Under the pieces are notes generated by a model. That model worked only from the letters and a program-made list of their open reading frames with translations. It made no database searches and was not told where the DNA came from. 64,000 nucleotides of DNA from Octopus sinensis (lineage: Eukaryota). Positions within the stretch are counted from its first letter, which is position 1. Each line of letters begins with the position of its first letter. Positions 13,140 to 26,626 of the stretch are shown here, in pieces. The DNA is taken from NCBI RefSeq assembly GCF_006345805.1, contig NC_043006.1, positions 94,550,001 through 94,614,000 on the forward strand, written 5' to 3'. Position numbers and translations under genes: made by a program.

Positions 13140-15184
13140 TTTAAAGAATATAAATTTTAGCTTGAAGTGATGACTGCATGGTATCCTTATTCATTTGTGT
13201 TAGTCCATCCATGAAGAATGAGGTAGAAAAAAGAAGTATGATCAACGAGGAGTTTGCATATTAAGATGCGTTTTGAATTTTTCAATAAAGAGATTCTCCT
13301 TGTTAATTCTCTCCTGTGTGGTGATTCCGTCTTTACATTGGTAGAAGGGGAATATGTAGAATTTGGGATTTTTGTCTTTAGCGCATAAGTCTATGTGGTC
13401 ACTCAGTGGGATTTGCCGGTATTCCGGGAGATTTATTTGTTCTTTATGCACCGCTACTCTTTTACGTAACGGGAGGCTCGTTTGTCCAACATAATTATGT
13501 TGGCAACCGGCGCATGTGAAGACGTAGATAAGGTTCTCAGAGGAACAGGATAAGTTGGTCTTGATTTTAAACTTCGTTCCTTGTTTGAAGATAAATTCAG
13601 AGCCTTCAAGTAGGAAGGGGCATGTCCCACAGTTTGGGCGTGCATATTTTTTAACTGCTGGGGGTGGATGTGGTGTGTGAAGTTTGGCATTTGTCAAGAG
13701 TTTTTTTAAAGATTCGTGTTGCCTTTTACATTTGAGGATTTTGTGTGTATTTATAATGTTTTTCATTTTTGGGTCTGTTGACAGTAGACTGAGGTTTTGT
13801 ATGATTGTGGTGTATGCTTCGATATTTTTGGGGTTGTGGGTAGAAATGTATGGAAGTATTTTGGGGTTGTGTGTGTTGTTGGGTTGGGTGGTTTTCAGTG
13901 TAATGTTGTCTAGTTCTTTGGCGCGTTTTATTCCATACTCTATAAGGGTGGAGGGATATTGGCGTTGTAATAGTGATTTTTTGAGGTCTTGAAGGCGTAT
14001 TTCTCGAGTTTTTGGATCCAAGACAATGGTGCATACTCTTTTAGCTAAGTTGAAAGGGATATTTGTCTTGGTGTGTTTTGGGTGGCATGAACTAAAGAGG
14101 AGGTATTGTTGTGAGTCTGTAGGTTTGTGGTAGATGTCTGTTATGATTTGGTTCTTAGGTGTTTTTATAATTAGGAGATCAAGGAAAGGGAGATGATGTC
14201 TGCTTAATTCCATAGTGAATTGGATGATGGGATGTATGTTGTTTAGTATGGTTTTGAATTCCAGAAGTTTTTCATAAGATTCTTTCCATATGATGAAACA
14301 ATCATCCAAATACCTTTTCCAGTTTTCTATTAGGTAGGTGTGATATCTCATAGAGGGATAGTTCGAAGAAACCCATTATGAGGTTCGCAAGAACTGGTGC
14401 AGCCTTGGTACCCATCGCAATACCACATTTTTGACGGTAGTGTGTGTTGTCGAAGAGGAAATAATTGTTTGTCAGAATGAATTTGAGTGATTCCGTAATA
14501 AAGGTCTTGTGAATGCGGTCAGGGAATGTCTCTGGATGTTTTTCTAGCCAGAAATCAATTGCCTCAATGCCATATTTATGTGGGATGTTGGTGTAGAGGT
14601 TGATACCAGGAGTGCCTCTTCGTTAACTGTTTTCGGGAGGTGTTTGAGCATGTCCAGATCATCCCTAATGAAACTTTTGATGTGGGTAAGGAAAGGTTTC
14701 AAAAGGATGTCTAGGAAATTACTCAGGTGGTGTGATTCACAGGAGGTGCCAGCCACGATGGGCCTTAGTTTTAGGTCCTCCGGTGCTTTAATGTTGATGT
14801 GGATGTCAGAGGAGAGTTTGCAGGCTTCGGTGATGTATTTGTTTTTATGGATTTTAGGAAGGCCATAAAAAAGGCTAGGCTTGCATTTGAAATTGGTGTA
14901 TAATCCCTTTCTTTTTCTGTGAGTCCCTGACCGTGTTGGAGTATGAGTGTGGTGAGGTACCCCAGGCAAAACCAAGGTAAAATCAGTAGGGAAGAATGGA
15001 AAAACCTACGTGACATACAACTGGACAAAAACCTTACCATCATAGAAGCCGACAAAGGGAGCGCTGTGGTCCTTATGGACACGGAGTTTTATAAACACCT
15101 AGTGCTTTCCATGCTAAACAACAACACTTTCTATGAGGTTATTAACAACTATAAACAACAAAAAACAATCAAAAACCTTAGTAT
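13140..15184 (-). mobile_element. Penelope-like element (Neptune-like: RT, Cys-rich linker, GIY-YIG) with inverted 5' segment
   Basis: FYGLPKIHK, LRPIV, AMG, YLDD RT motifs; CGTC linker; NLIYVFTCAGCQHNYVGQT GIY-YIG motif; 369-codon 3' ORF at 13242-14351; the ADKG-containing N-terminal segment lies on the + strand at about 14945-15184. Confidence 0.92.
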
Positions 15185-15871
15185 TTTTTCCATTGATAAA
15201 TATATTCGTAGTATTTATTGGATACTATATAACTACGGATTGATCATTTCATTAAGTATTTTATTATTTCATTTTAGTTCTTAACTATACGGTTTTTGTA
15301 AGTTATTAATTAGCCAACGAGATATATGGATCGTTAATTAGTTATAGCGTTCTTTTAAGATAGTTTGTTTGTTTGTCTACAATTTGCTTTTTTATCTTTA
15401 ACCTTTTAATATATTTATAAGTAATAATGAATAATTAATTTATTAGGTCTTTATTATACGTGCATATATATTTATTGATAGAGATAATTTTAGATCTTAA
15501 TTCTTATATTTATATATATTCATTGATAATTTAGTTATTATTCAAATATTATATAATTAATTGACTTGAAATTAAATTTAATAATATGAATAATGATTTT
15601 TTAATGTTAAATATTTAGGTAATTTGTGGGTTTATTATGTTTTTTAAAGCCATATTATATCTGAATAGATAAATACATTTTCTATCTATTCTTACCTTAA
15701 AAATTAATACTTAAAAATTAATATTTAACATTATAATCGATTGTATGACATAATCATACTCGTTAAAGTTTCTAGTTTGATAATAGTGTTTTTTATAAGA
15801 AAAATATTATTTTATTTATTTCTTAAAAAATATTGTTTAAATATATTTGATTATTTATTTTAATATTATCA

Positions 15872-15970
15872 TTAACCTGAAGATTGACTATAACCATAAT
15901 TCGAATTATTAATTGAATTTAAATTATTGTTATTCGAATTAGGTTATGGGCATGAAACGATCGTAGTGGT
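15872..15970 (+). ncRNA. Type I hammerhead motif with long stem II
   Basis: CUGAAGA-UUG...AUAACC/GGUUAU and UAAUUCGAAU/AUUCGAAUUA stems...CAU-GAAAC-GAUC-GUA; palindromic stem III loop; stem I weak. Confidence 0.55.
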
Positions 15971-16031
15971 TTTACTTTTTATCTTATATTAAACTTTTTA
16001 ATACTTTTTGATAGTTATATATATATATATA

Positions 16032-16096
16032 AATATAATTAAATAAAAAATTAAAAAAATAAAAATAAAAATAAAAATTATAATAAAAATAATAAT

Positions 16097-16151
<55 letters not shown>

Positions 16152-16519
16152 TTATAAGTATAAATTAATAATTTAAAAACAATTTTGAATTTTATATTTT
16201 ATATGTTTTGTATATTATATTAATTAATTTATTTCTATGTTTTGGTTTATGTCTTTCACTGTTTGATTCGCCAAATAATGGTTTTATCTGTAATTTAATA
16301 TATATATATATAAAATACAAAATGGGACAAGAACGCAAAAAGGATAGAATGTATACGAAACAAAGACGAAAAAAGACGGACGATGTTACACGAATATAAA
16401 TACAAAAAAACAATAATAATAATAACAGGACATAACAACAGGTCTCTTTCGACTCAGACGAATTGAATTCAGCTAGCGTAATATATATATATATATATAT
16501 AATATATATATATATATAT

Positions 16520-16564
<45 letters not shown>

Positions 16565-16570
16565 TGAGTG

Positions 16571-16639
<69 letters not shown>

Positions 16640-17716
16640 TATACAAAAACATAAACGTATGTATGTATATAACATTCATGGCTGTGATGTACTGTTTATC
16701 ACGTCCGACTTAATTGGAGAGTTGCAGTGACACATAACTGCAATATATTCTGTTTGTGTTACCCAATATCTCGACTGACTATTTTTAAATATTTCTGTTC
16801 CCCAAGAAGTCGGTATTTAGTTTTATGTCTTACTTAAATGTACTTTCTTAGAGTCCCATAACATTCATCTAGTTACTAAATTCAAATGATACCATGGTTC
16901 TGTTAAGTATTTACAGCGAGAGGACACTTGCTATGAAGCAGCGAGGGCACTCACTTTCTTCAACAGCATTCTGTAGAAATGTAGCCACATACGTACTGAT
17001 GGCGATTTCTTTTCCTGCTCTAGACTTTTCCCCTCTCCTTTCCGATGAATGCTCGAAACGTCAAACACTCCCCTTTCACCGAACGTCAACCCAATTCATT
17101 CCTTGTGCACTGTCTCTTGTTGACCGTTAATTTTATTATTCGTCGTTTTTAATGATTGTTTATTTGAATTAACTATATAAATGTGCGTGTTCACTCAACT
17201 GCGTCGGCCTTCCTTTTAGGCGTAAAATATACTGCCACGAGACACGGACGTAGCGGGGAACGTACAGAAATTTTTAAACTTTGTCATTTGTTCATTCTCT
17301 ACAGACACTTGACAGAAAACTTTCAGAGAATTGATTGTTTTGAATTACTACTGGAATTGTTCAAACAACCGTCTCAGCCTTAACTTATGACGTTAAACAT
17401 TGCCACTTGATACTTACTCATGGGCGTAGCCGGGTACCTACATCAATTCTTAAGACCAGTCATGTGACTAACCTCTACCATTCAAACCCTATTCAAAGTA
17501 TATACTAATTTGATCCGTGAACTTCCTATAAAAATAGGGCAAGTTTCAAACACTATTCAGAAGCAAAACAGCAGCGACATAAGCCACATCTTTCCATTTG
17601 AAATGTTTGAAAACCAGCGTCTGCTGTGAAACCGGTTAAATCTTTGAATATATAATATAATTAAATAAAAAATTAAAAAAATAAAAATAAAAATAAAAAT
17701 TATAATAAAAATAATA

Positions 17717-17770
<54 letters not shown>

Positions 17771-18100
17771 AATTTATAAGTATAAATTAATAATTTAAAA
17801 ACAATTTTGAATTTTATATTTTATATGTTTTGTATATTATATTAATTAATTTATTTCTATGTTTTGCTTTATGTCTTTCACTGTTTGATTCGCCAAATAA
17901 TGGTTTTATCTGTAATTTAATATATATATATATAAAATACAAAATGGGACAAGAACGCAAAAAGGATAGAATGTATACGAAACAAAGACGAAAAAAGACG
18001 GACGATGTTACACGAATATAAATACAAAAAAAACAATAATAATAACAGGACATAACAACAGGTCTCTTTCGACTCAGACGAATTGAATTCAGCTAGCGTA

Positions 18101-18137
<37 letters not shown>

Positions 18138-18139
18138 AA

Positions 18140-18177
<38 letters not shown>

Positions 18178-18187
18178 AGAGTGAGTG

Positions 18188-18256
<69 letters not shown>

Positions 18257-19275
18257 TATACAAAAACATAAACGTATGTATGTATATTAACATTCATGGC
18301 TGTGATGTACTGTTTATCACGTCCGACTTAATTGGAGAGTTGCAGTGACACATAACTGCAATATATTCTGTTTGTGTTACCCAATATCTCGACTGACTAT
18401 TTTTAAATATTTCTGTTCCCCAAGAAGTCGGTATTTAGTTTTATGTCTTACTTAAATGTACTTTCTTAGAGTCCCATAACATTCATCTAGTTACTAAATT
18501 CAAATGATACCATGGTTCTGTTAAGTATTTACAGCGAGAGACACTTGCTATGAAGCAGCGAGGGCACTCACTTTCTTCAACAGCATTCTGTAGAAATGTA
18601 GCCACATACGTACTGATGGCGATTTCTTTTCCTGCTCTAGACTTTTCCCCTCTCCTTTCCGATGAATGCTCGAAACGTCAAACACTCCCCTTTCACCGAA
18701 CGTCAACCCAATTCATTCCTTGTGCACTGTCTCTTGTTGACCGTTAATTTTATTATTCGTCGTTTTTAATGATTGTTTATTTGAATTAACTATATAAATG
18801 TGCGTGTTCACTCAACTGCGTCGGCCTTCCTTTTAGGCGTAAAATATACTGCCACGAGACACGGACGTAGCGGGGAACGTACAGAAATTTTTAAACTTTG
18901 TCATTTGTTCATTCTCTACAGACACTTGACAGAAAACTTTCAGAGAATTGATTGTTTTGAATTACTACTGGAATTGTTCAAACAACCGTCTCAGCCTTAA
19001 CTTATGACGTTAAACATTGCCACTTGATACTTACTCATGGGCGTAGCCGGGTACCTACATCAATTCTTAAGACCAGTCATGTGACTAACCTCTACCATTC
19101 AAACCCTATTCAAAGTATATACTAATTTGATCCGTGAACTTCCTATAAAAATAGGGCAAGTTTCAAACACTATTCAGAAGCAAAACAGCAGCGACATAAG
19201 CCACATCTTTCCATTTGAAATGTTTGAAAACCAGCGTCTGCTGTGAAACCGGTTAAATCTTTGAATATAATAATA
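16032..19275 (+). repeat. Near-identical 1.62-kb tandem duplication
   Basis: Units start at 16032 and 17654; differences are mostly homopolymer or microsatellite length, plus rare substitutions. Confidence 0.95.
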
Positions 19276-19314
19276 TAATTTATCTATTCTCAGGACATTT
19301 TCAATTTACACACA

Positions 19315-19345
<31 letters not shown>

Positions 19346-19364
19346 CCACACACACACACAACAC

Positions 19365-19395
<31 letters not shown>

Positions 19396-19854
19396 TATTA
19401 ATAGTTATCGCCAAGCTAACATGGCAGTCCAGAAAAATAGGACGAATGCTCCCGTTGTTTAGCTCCAAAAGGCAATCGCCTCTAGGTAGCTATGTGACAC
19501 ACAAACCTGTGTCTATTACAACCTTCGAATAGGGAAGGTGAGCAGCTTCCCCTTGCTGGTTCAACATCCCCAGACTAGTCCGGATCTCTGGCTCTATATA
19601 AAAATATACCCTGTTCCATCAGTGAGATATACACTGATAGTACATCATTACTATTCGTCTTTTCACCTTGTGCTGTATGAATATATGAAGTTGTTTTAGA
19701 GACAGGTTTTGACTGCTATCTCTAGCATAGTGGTATCTCTTAAATACCCTTAAAAATAATTGTAATTTTAATAATTTGTACCTATAAGGCTTTTATTCCC
19801 TTGCTGGCCACTTGATATGATCAGTATTTTAAATAACGATATTATCCTTATATA

Positions 19855-20000
19855 TATATAGTTAATCCAAACACGAAAATACAAGGAAAAAATACAACGA
19901 CGCGAGGACGTGGAACAAGTATAGTGTTATTGGACGCTCAGGAAAGGAAAGAAAGAAGGAGGATTTAACGTTTCGAGCGGAGATCTTCGTCAGAAACATA
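19855..20000 (-). mobile_element. Short dispersed HHR-bearing repeat (probably a PLE pLTR derivative)
   Basis: Body ttccacgtcctcgcgttgttg...tttggattaactata is shared with 29168-29270 and 40930-41040. Confidence 0.7.
19963..19997 (-). ncRNA. Minimal type I hammerhead motif
   Basis: GUUU-CUGACGA-A-GAUC-UCC-GCUC-GAAAC-GUU-AAAU; intact core, one stem II mismatch. Confidence 0.6.
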
Positions 20001-20512
20001 AGAATATATATATATATATTATATATATATATATATTATATATATATATATATATATTATATATAAAGATAAATCAAATATAAAGATATACTATTGACAA
20101 TCTAATAATTTAATACAATTATTTGAAGGATTTCTCTTCCTCAGTTTGTTACTATATATATATAGCTTTTACATTTTAAGGTTAGTATTTTGATAAGTTA
20201 CAGAAACATAAACACACCAACACAGGTTGTCAAGAGGTACTGAGGAACACACAAACCCACACACACGCGCACTCTCTCTCTCACACACACTCACACACAC
20301 ATATTTACGATCGTTTTCTTTCAGTTTTTGTCAACCAATTCCACTCTCAAGTCTTATGTCAGCCTGGGGCTGTAAGAAGGTAAAGCTTGCCCAGTATGCC
20401 ATGCACTGGAACTGGACCCGAAACCATGTGGTTAGGAAGCAAGCTTCTTTATTTCATTTAATTTGCCACATGGGCAGCACACAGAGAGAAGCTTGTGGGC
20501 TGGGCATGGACA

Positions 20513-21910
20513 AGATGAGATGAAATGAAACGAAATGATACAGATGAGAGGGTTGTCGGCGCCCACCGACCGACAAATCCTCGAATACAAAGTTTCTTGC
20601 AACAATACAAAATTTTCTTACAACAATTCTCTTGTCAGGTCCCCCAAGCTAAGTTACTTGCCGCCTGCAGACAACTCTGCATCGACAAGTCGGGGCCTGC
20701 AAAGAGGAAAGCAAACTCTTCCTTGTCAAAGGTCGCTGTGACCTTTGACAGAATTTTTTCAGTTACTACCTCCGCAGCTACCTGCGGAGGCCATATCGGA
20801 CTACTTGAGCAGACCGAGTACACACGTTCTCGATCACCCAAGCCGTCCAAAAATTTACTCACCGTCCCTCCCTCGTGGTAAAGGAGGAGAAACTGCTCCA
20901 GTAAGTGGCACACTTCCCACTGATGGAGCCCTATCCACAGGTGGCACACATCCCACCTGCAGCTCCGTTGACGGCCCAGGAACATCCGCCGACCGTCCTC
21001 TGCACTCTTCTTCCTCTTTCTTTTTGAGGCTGCGGGAGCAGGGGGCTGCGTCGACAGACGCGGAGGGTCGCTACCCTCCTCCGCCGCCTGAACATTCTTT
21101 GGTGAGCAACCATTGTTGCTCACCTTTCTTTTTCTTTTCGTGAAGGCAACTTCCTCCACGACTTCCACAGTTTCCCCCTCCAATGAGGAGGAGGCGGGCA
21201 CCTTCTCTTTCTCATGTTCCAGGGCCCTACCACGGCCCTCCCTGGACAGTTCCTTTTGATATGGCCAGGCTCCAGGCACAGGTGACACTTGGGGGTGGGG
21301 CATCCCTCAAGTATCACTGGGTACCTGTACCCGGCCATTTTTAGGAAGTCCGGAAACATCATGTCTCCCACCGCCACCGGGGTCTACAGGGTCAAAGTTG
21401 CCTTTGACCCCTCCCAGTCGAACGCGGGAACAATCTTCACACTCAATAGCCTGGGCCCGCTATCCCCCAGGCCTCGCCGGATGGTCTTCTCAATCCAGCC
21501 TGCCTCCGTGCCCGGGGGCAGCCCGCACAACCAGACTCTTCTTATCTTCCTCCCACAATAAGTGGGGAGCAACTTAATCTCTTTTGCCTCACGGGCACGC
21601 TGGCAAATCTGCCAGCTTCCTCGGGGGTACCAAACAGCAATCAGACCGTTGCAAATTTGGTCCTCCGTGAAATATATTTTATAGTTGGCACGTAGTCTGC
21701 CAACTCTCTCTCTATTACGCTCTTGTCGAAGAGGGCGATGGCACCACACGATCTAGAATAGGTCCGTAGTACCACCGTCCTTCTCTCAAGGCTTTCAATC
21801 CATTGCTTAGGTGGGACCACCTCCCATTCCAAGGCAGTTTTTGCATTTGCCATATTAAAAGTCAATTCAAAAGAAGAAGGAAAGTCCAAATGAATTAACA
21901 AGTCCAAAAA
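20513..21910 (-). mobile_element. Gag-like ORF1 of an L1/Tx1-type retroelement, frameshifted, no ORF2
   Basis: CX2CX4HX4C knuckle CHLCLEPGHIKRNC, preceded by an RRM-like segment (RVWLCGLPPG) and followed by a low-complexity basic/acidic tail; GC-rich island; ends in short (TTTCA/TCTCA)n repeats. Confidence 0.65.
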
Positions 21911-22020
21911 GAAATAAACAAGTCAGTTAAAAAAATATGAATAAAATAGAATTGAAAAGAAACGCAAAAAGGGCTCCAAAAAGAAAGACAAAAATCAGAA
22001 GAATAGAGAAAAGAAAAAAA

Positions 22021-23170
22021 GACCAAATATGATTAGATAATTTTGTCGCTTTTCTTTTGTTCCAGTGCCTAAAACTAAAACCACACCTTGAGTTTTAGGC
22101 ACTGGAACAAAAGAAAAGCAACAAAATTATCTAATCATATTTGGTCATTAAAAGATAGAGGTGTCAATTATAACATCCATTGGAAGATTTTGGCCAAATG
22201 TAAGCCGTACACCAACGGCAGCGGAAAGTGCTGTCTATGCGACATGGAGAGATGGCTTATCTGGATAAGCAGCTTAGACCCTACTACATGTCTAAACTCA
22301 AGGACAGAACTTTTCGGATCATGCCCAAATGTGACAAAATTTTTGTTACGTTTTTGGTCCCCTTAAGAAAACAGATAGAACTTGCTTTCTATATTATGTC
22401 CAAAAAAGTTTTTTATCTCATTATACCTTTTATTATTTCATATATTTTTATATTTTCACACATAATAATTTTTTCTGTACTCTTCCATCATGCATTTTTC
22501 CTGTGCCTATATAGACATGTATAGACGTTCATACATATGGGCAGTTTTAGATGTGTGCGTGTGTGCGGGCATAACAATGCATATATATATATAGACGTTT
22601 TTACTTAGTATTTATACAATTTTTAAAGTTTTTTGGGGGCATATGTATATTCATTTTTTGTGTATGCGTATATAAACATGTGCAGGTATGTACATATATG
22701 GGCGTGTGTGTGTGTATGAGTGCATAAGGGCATGTCCGTATATGAATGTGGTTTTTACGCTTTGTATAATTCCTTATTTTATTTTCTGTAACCTTTAACC
22801 GTGTTTTTTCTTGTGTTTGTGCGTATATAGACGTATGTATGAACTTTTACGGTACGCGTGTATGTGTATGAGTTTGTATATATATGCGTATACATTTGAC
22901 GAAAAATGCGAGTGAAGATGTGTAAGTTTTCATTGTGACATATAAGTACGCACGTGGGTCCGCGAGCGCACATGTGAGCGTATGAGTAGCCATGTTTACG
23001 TGTTTACTATGAACTTTTAATCTTAATTTATATAAGTAGCAGAATTATAACACAGTAATTTCCCTTTATATAACGGTATTTTTTCATAGCGTTTTTCAGA
23101 TGTCCAGATAACCGATGAGATGGTGTTGTGGACTTCCACTTCGGCATCTGAAACTCAGAGTTTTATCTTG
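22021..23170 (+). mobile_element. 3' end of a Penelope-like element, probably Naiad clade (GIY-YIG C-terminus, 3' UTR and HHR)
   Basis: TKLSNHIWSLKD...WKIL..CKPY.NGS.KCCLC..E...LNSRTEL..SC matches the Naiad-type endonuclease C-terminus; 56-bp fold-back at the 5' junction; HHR about 740 bp downstream. Confidence 0.7.
23107..23167 (+). ncRNA. Type I hammerhead motif, CCGAUGA core variant
   Basis: GAUAA-CCGAUGA-GAUG...CAUC-U-GAAACUC-A-GAGUU-UUAUC; stem I is 5 bp. Confidence 0.55.
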
Positions 23171-23199
23171 ACTATTGAGTAATTGTTACATATTATTTC

Positions 23200-23303
<104 letters not shown>

Positions 23304-24144
23304 TATGTATACATATATACATACGCACACGCGTTTATATACATCATTATAAATATATGTATATGACTCTCTAGGAATGTGTGTGTGACTCTTCAGTTGC
23401 ATTTTACATATGCAGATACACGCAAAAATATACAATATACACCCGCACACATTACACACAAACGCACTTATACTCTACTGACTTACATGCATAGTAACAC
23501 ATACATGTATATACATAAATTACATCCGCTTCATAAGAACACGTTTATCTAAATACAAGCAACACATGACGTCATTCATCACGTGGTGCCTCAAGAAGTG
23601 TGCCTTGTTAGAATCAAGTTACCTGAAGAAATTCGAATTCTCTTTGATGACAACAGAAGTAGGAATTTCTAAAGAAGAAGGGTCTTGATGATTGTGTTGT
23701 TCAATTAGACGAGAAATATGTTTTAGATGATAACAGAGATGATAATGGTGCTGCTTGGTGGTTGATATGTAATTAAGAACACACATTTACCAGGAATATG
23801 AGATGTGCCGTAATAGGATTGCCTGAAAGTAATTTCAGTTGCTTCCCTTCACGGTTTTCGCCTCCGGCTCTCTCTCCCTCTCTCTCTCTTTCTCTCTCTC
23901 TCTCTCCCTTTCTCTCTCTCTCTTTCTATATAAATTATGTATATCTTTATGCCATGCTATATATACATACATACATATACTCACACATACAGAGAGGCAC
24001 ATATATAATATATATATACATATATATATATACGTATACATATGTGTATATATATGTATGTATATGTTTGTATATATATATATATAAGTATAAATATACA
24101 TATATGTACGGCTGAGAGCAGCAGTGTGTGTACAGGCATATAAT

Positions 24145-24194
<50 letters not shown>

Positions 24195-24642
24195 TCTGTG
24201 TGTGTGTGTGTGTATGTGAATGCATATACGTATATTTATTCATAATAAATTTTCTAGAATAGTTTTTTATAAAATTGATTTTATGCGCGCCCATATTTCT
24301 ATGCACCGACGCACAAAAGCATGCAAAAGATAAAAGACACACAAATAAATAAATATATGATCATATAATGTTATCGCACTCACAGATGCCTGTACCTCGA
24401 GAGGCATAGTACAATGAATACATGCAATCTCACACACCTGAATATAAGCAATAGTTTTGTCTGCTCTAAACTATGACTTGTTCTCTGACAACTATGTTAA
24501 AGAAATGTCAATAAATAAACAAGTTCTCACACAAACACCTTTATACAAGGAACATTCCCGCCATCAAACAAAACACAGACACCAAGCTCACACAGGCACA
24601 CATGAAAGTACCAAATCTATTGACACATAATGATATATATAC

Positions 24643-24695
<53 letters not shown>

Positions 24696-25863
24696 ATATA
24701 TCATATATGTTTACACGAAAGAATTCACTGAATAAAAATTTAGACAACCGACGACGTAAAATGTAAGTTGTAGCAAAATGTGATGAAAAAGATAAACATA
24801 GCGAAAATAAAGAAAAATAGATCGAAAAATAATATAGAAAAATATTAAGAAACTATTGAAAATAAAGGAAATAAGTTTAGTTAGAGATGGGTGAAAAGAT
24901 ACAAACTGTTTTATTTTTTAAAATTTTCTCTCTTTCTCTTTCAATCTATTTTCTCTTTCACTTCGACTTCAATATGTGAAAAGGTCATGACACAAATTTT
25001 AAAAGAGAAAGGAAAAGAATTGCTATAGACTTTAAAGTAACAAAAAGAGAAAAATCAAAAACAAGATAGAAAACAAAGGAAAATAAAGAAAAATCCCACC
25101 GGAAAACGAAAACAAAATAAAATGAAAAGAACGAAACAAAAAACAAAAACCTAGTTTAGGAAAATAAAGCCGAAGCACAACGAAATAGAGAAGAAGTAAC
25201 TATACGTGAATAGCAACAAATGAAAAGAAGTGAAGACGTTCAGAAACGCAGAAATAAGAATTAACAAAACAAATAAGGCAAGAAGAAGAAGAAGAAGAAG
25301 AAGAATATCAATAAGAATAAACGAAGAACATTTTGTTTAGAATACAGTATTAGAAAGTTGTACTATCTATTGTAGGTGCAGTATTTGGTGGTCGGGTTTT
25401 TTCGTGATAATAGATTAAATCGATGTAACTATAGTATTATATTCTGCTTTTGCTCTACAACATTGTTCTACAACTGTTACTCACACACTGTATTCTATGA
25501 GCTGACCAGAGATAACAAGGAGTTAACAGGGTTGCCATTCCTGTAACTGTCGCATGGTCATGTGTTGGGTTTGTAAAAAGTCCAATCTATCAAAAGGAAA
25601 AAAAAATTATTGTCCGTTTTGCTACTGTAGTCAGGTGGACCAACGACAAAATGCTGAGTGTTTCCTCTTCTGTATTACACTTAATTTTATCTAAACTGAA
25701 GGGCGTGTTTTTTCTTTCTTCATCACGGATATGAACAGCCAAGGGTGTAACCCAGATTAAACTGCAACATTTGATATAATAAATATAAATATCTACACCA
25801 ACCAAAGCATTACATTCTATATCAGCAACATTTACATCTGTATATATTTCATGACACACTCAC

Positions 25864-25942
<79 letters not shown>

Positions 25943-25947
25943 GTCTG

Positions 25948-26010
<63 letters not shown>

Positions 26011-26077
26011 GTCTGTCTATCTATCTATCTATTTATCTATCTATCTATCTGCTTCATTGTCTGTATGTCTGTATGTC

Positions 26078-26147
<70 letters not shown>

Positions 26148-26331
26148 TAAGTAGTTTGGTTGGTATGTAGATAAGTAAATAGGTAGGCTTGTAAGTAGGT
26201 ATACATTTATATAGTATGTAGCGGGAACTCTAAATTTCTTCCTACGAAATTAAAAATATTATGCGTACATACACGCTCATATATATGTGTGTGCGCGTAT
26301 GAGTGTATGTGTATGTATGTGTGTGCACGTG

Positions 26332-26391
<60 letters not shown>

Positions 26392-26626
26392 TGGGTGTAT
26401 GCATATCAATATATAAAGCGTTCAAATTGTTGAATCTAATAAAGCGGTAATAGAAATATATTAAAGTGAAAAGAAAAATAACAAAGATAGAAAAAACAGC
26501 TTAAGTTCACATCAACTTTCTCAGCTAATACTCTTACATCGTAAGAAGAGGATGAAGTGTGCCACGTCGATACCATGTACGCATGTTATGTACGAATGTA
26601 TGTATCCATATATCTATGTATTTGGG

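Noticed and set aside
15184-15870. Possible mitochondrial control-region insertion (very AT-rich)
   Set aside because: No mitochondrial gene or tRNA is recognisable; the terminal HHR favours a PLE UTR
25338-25497. 11-bp inverted repeat TAGAATACAGT as a MITE
   Set aside because: Too short, and single-copy in the window
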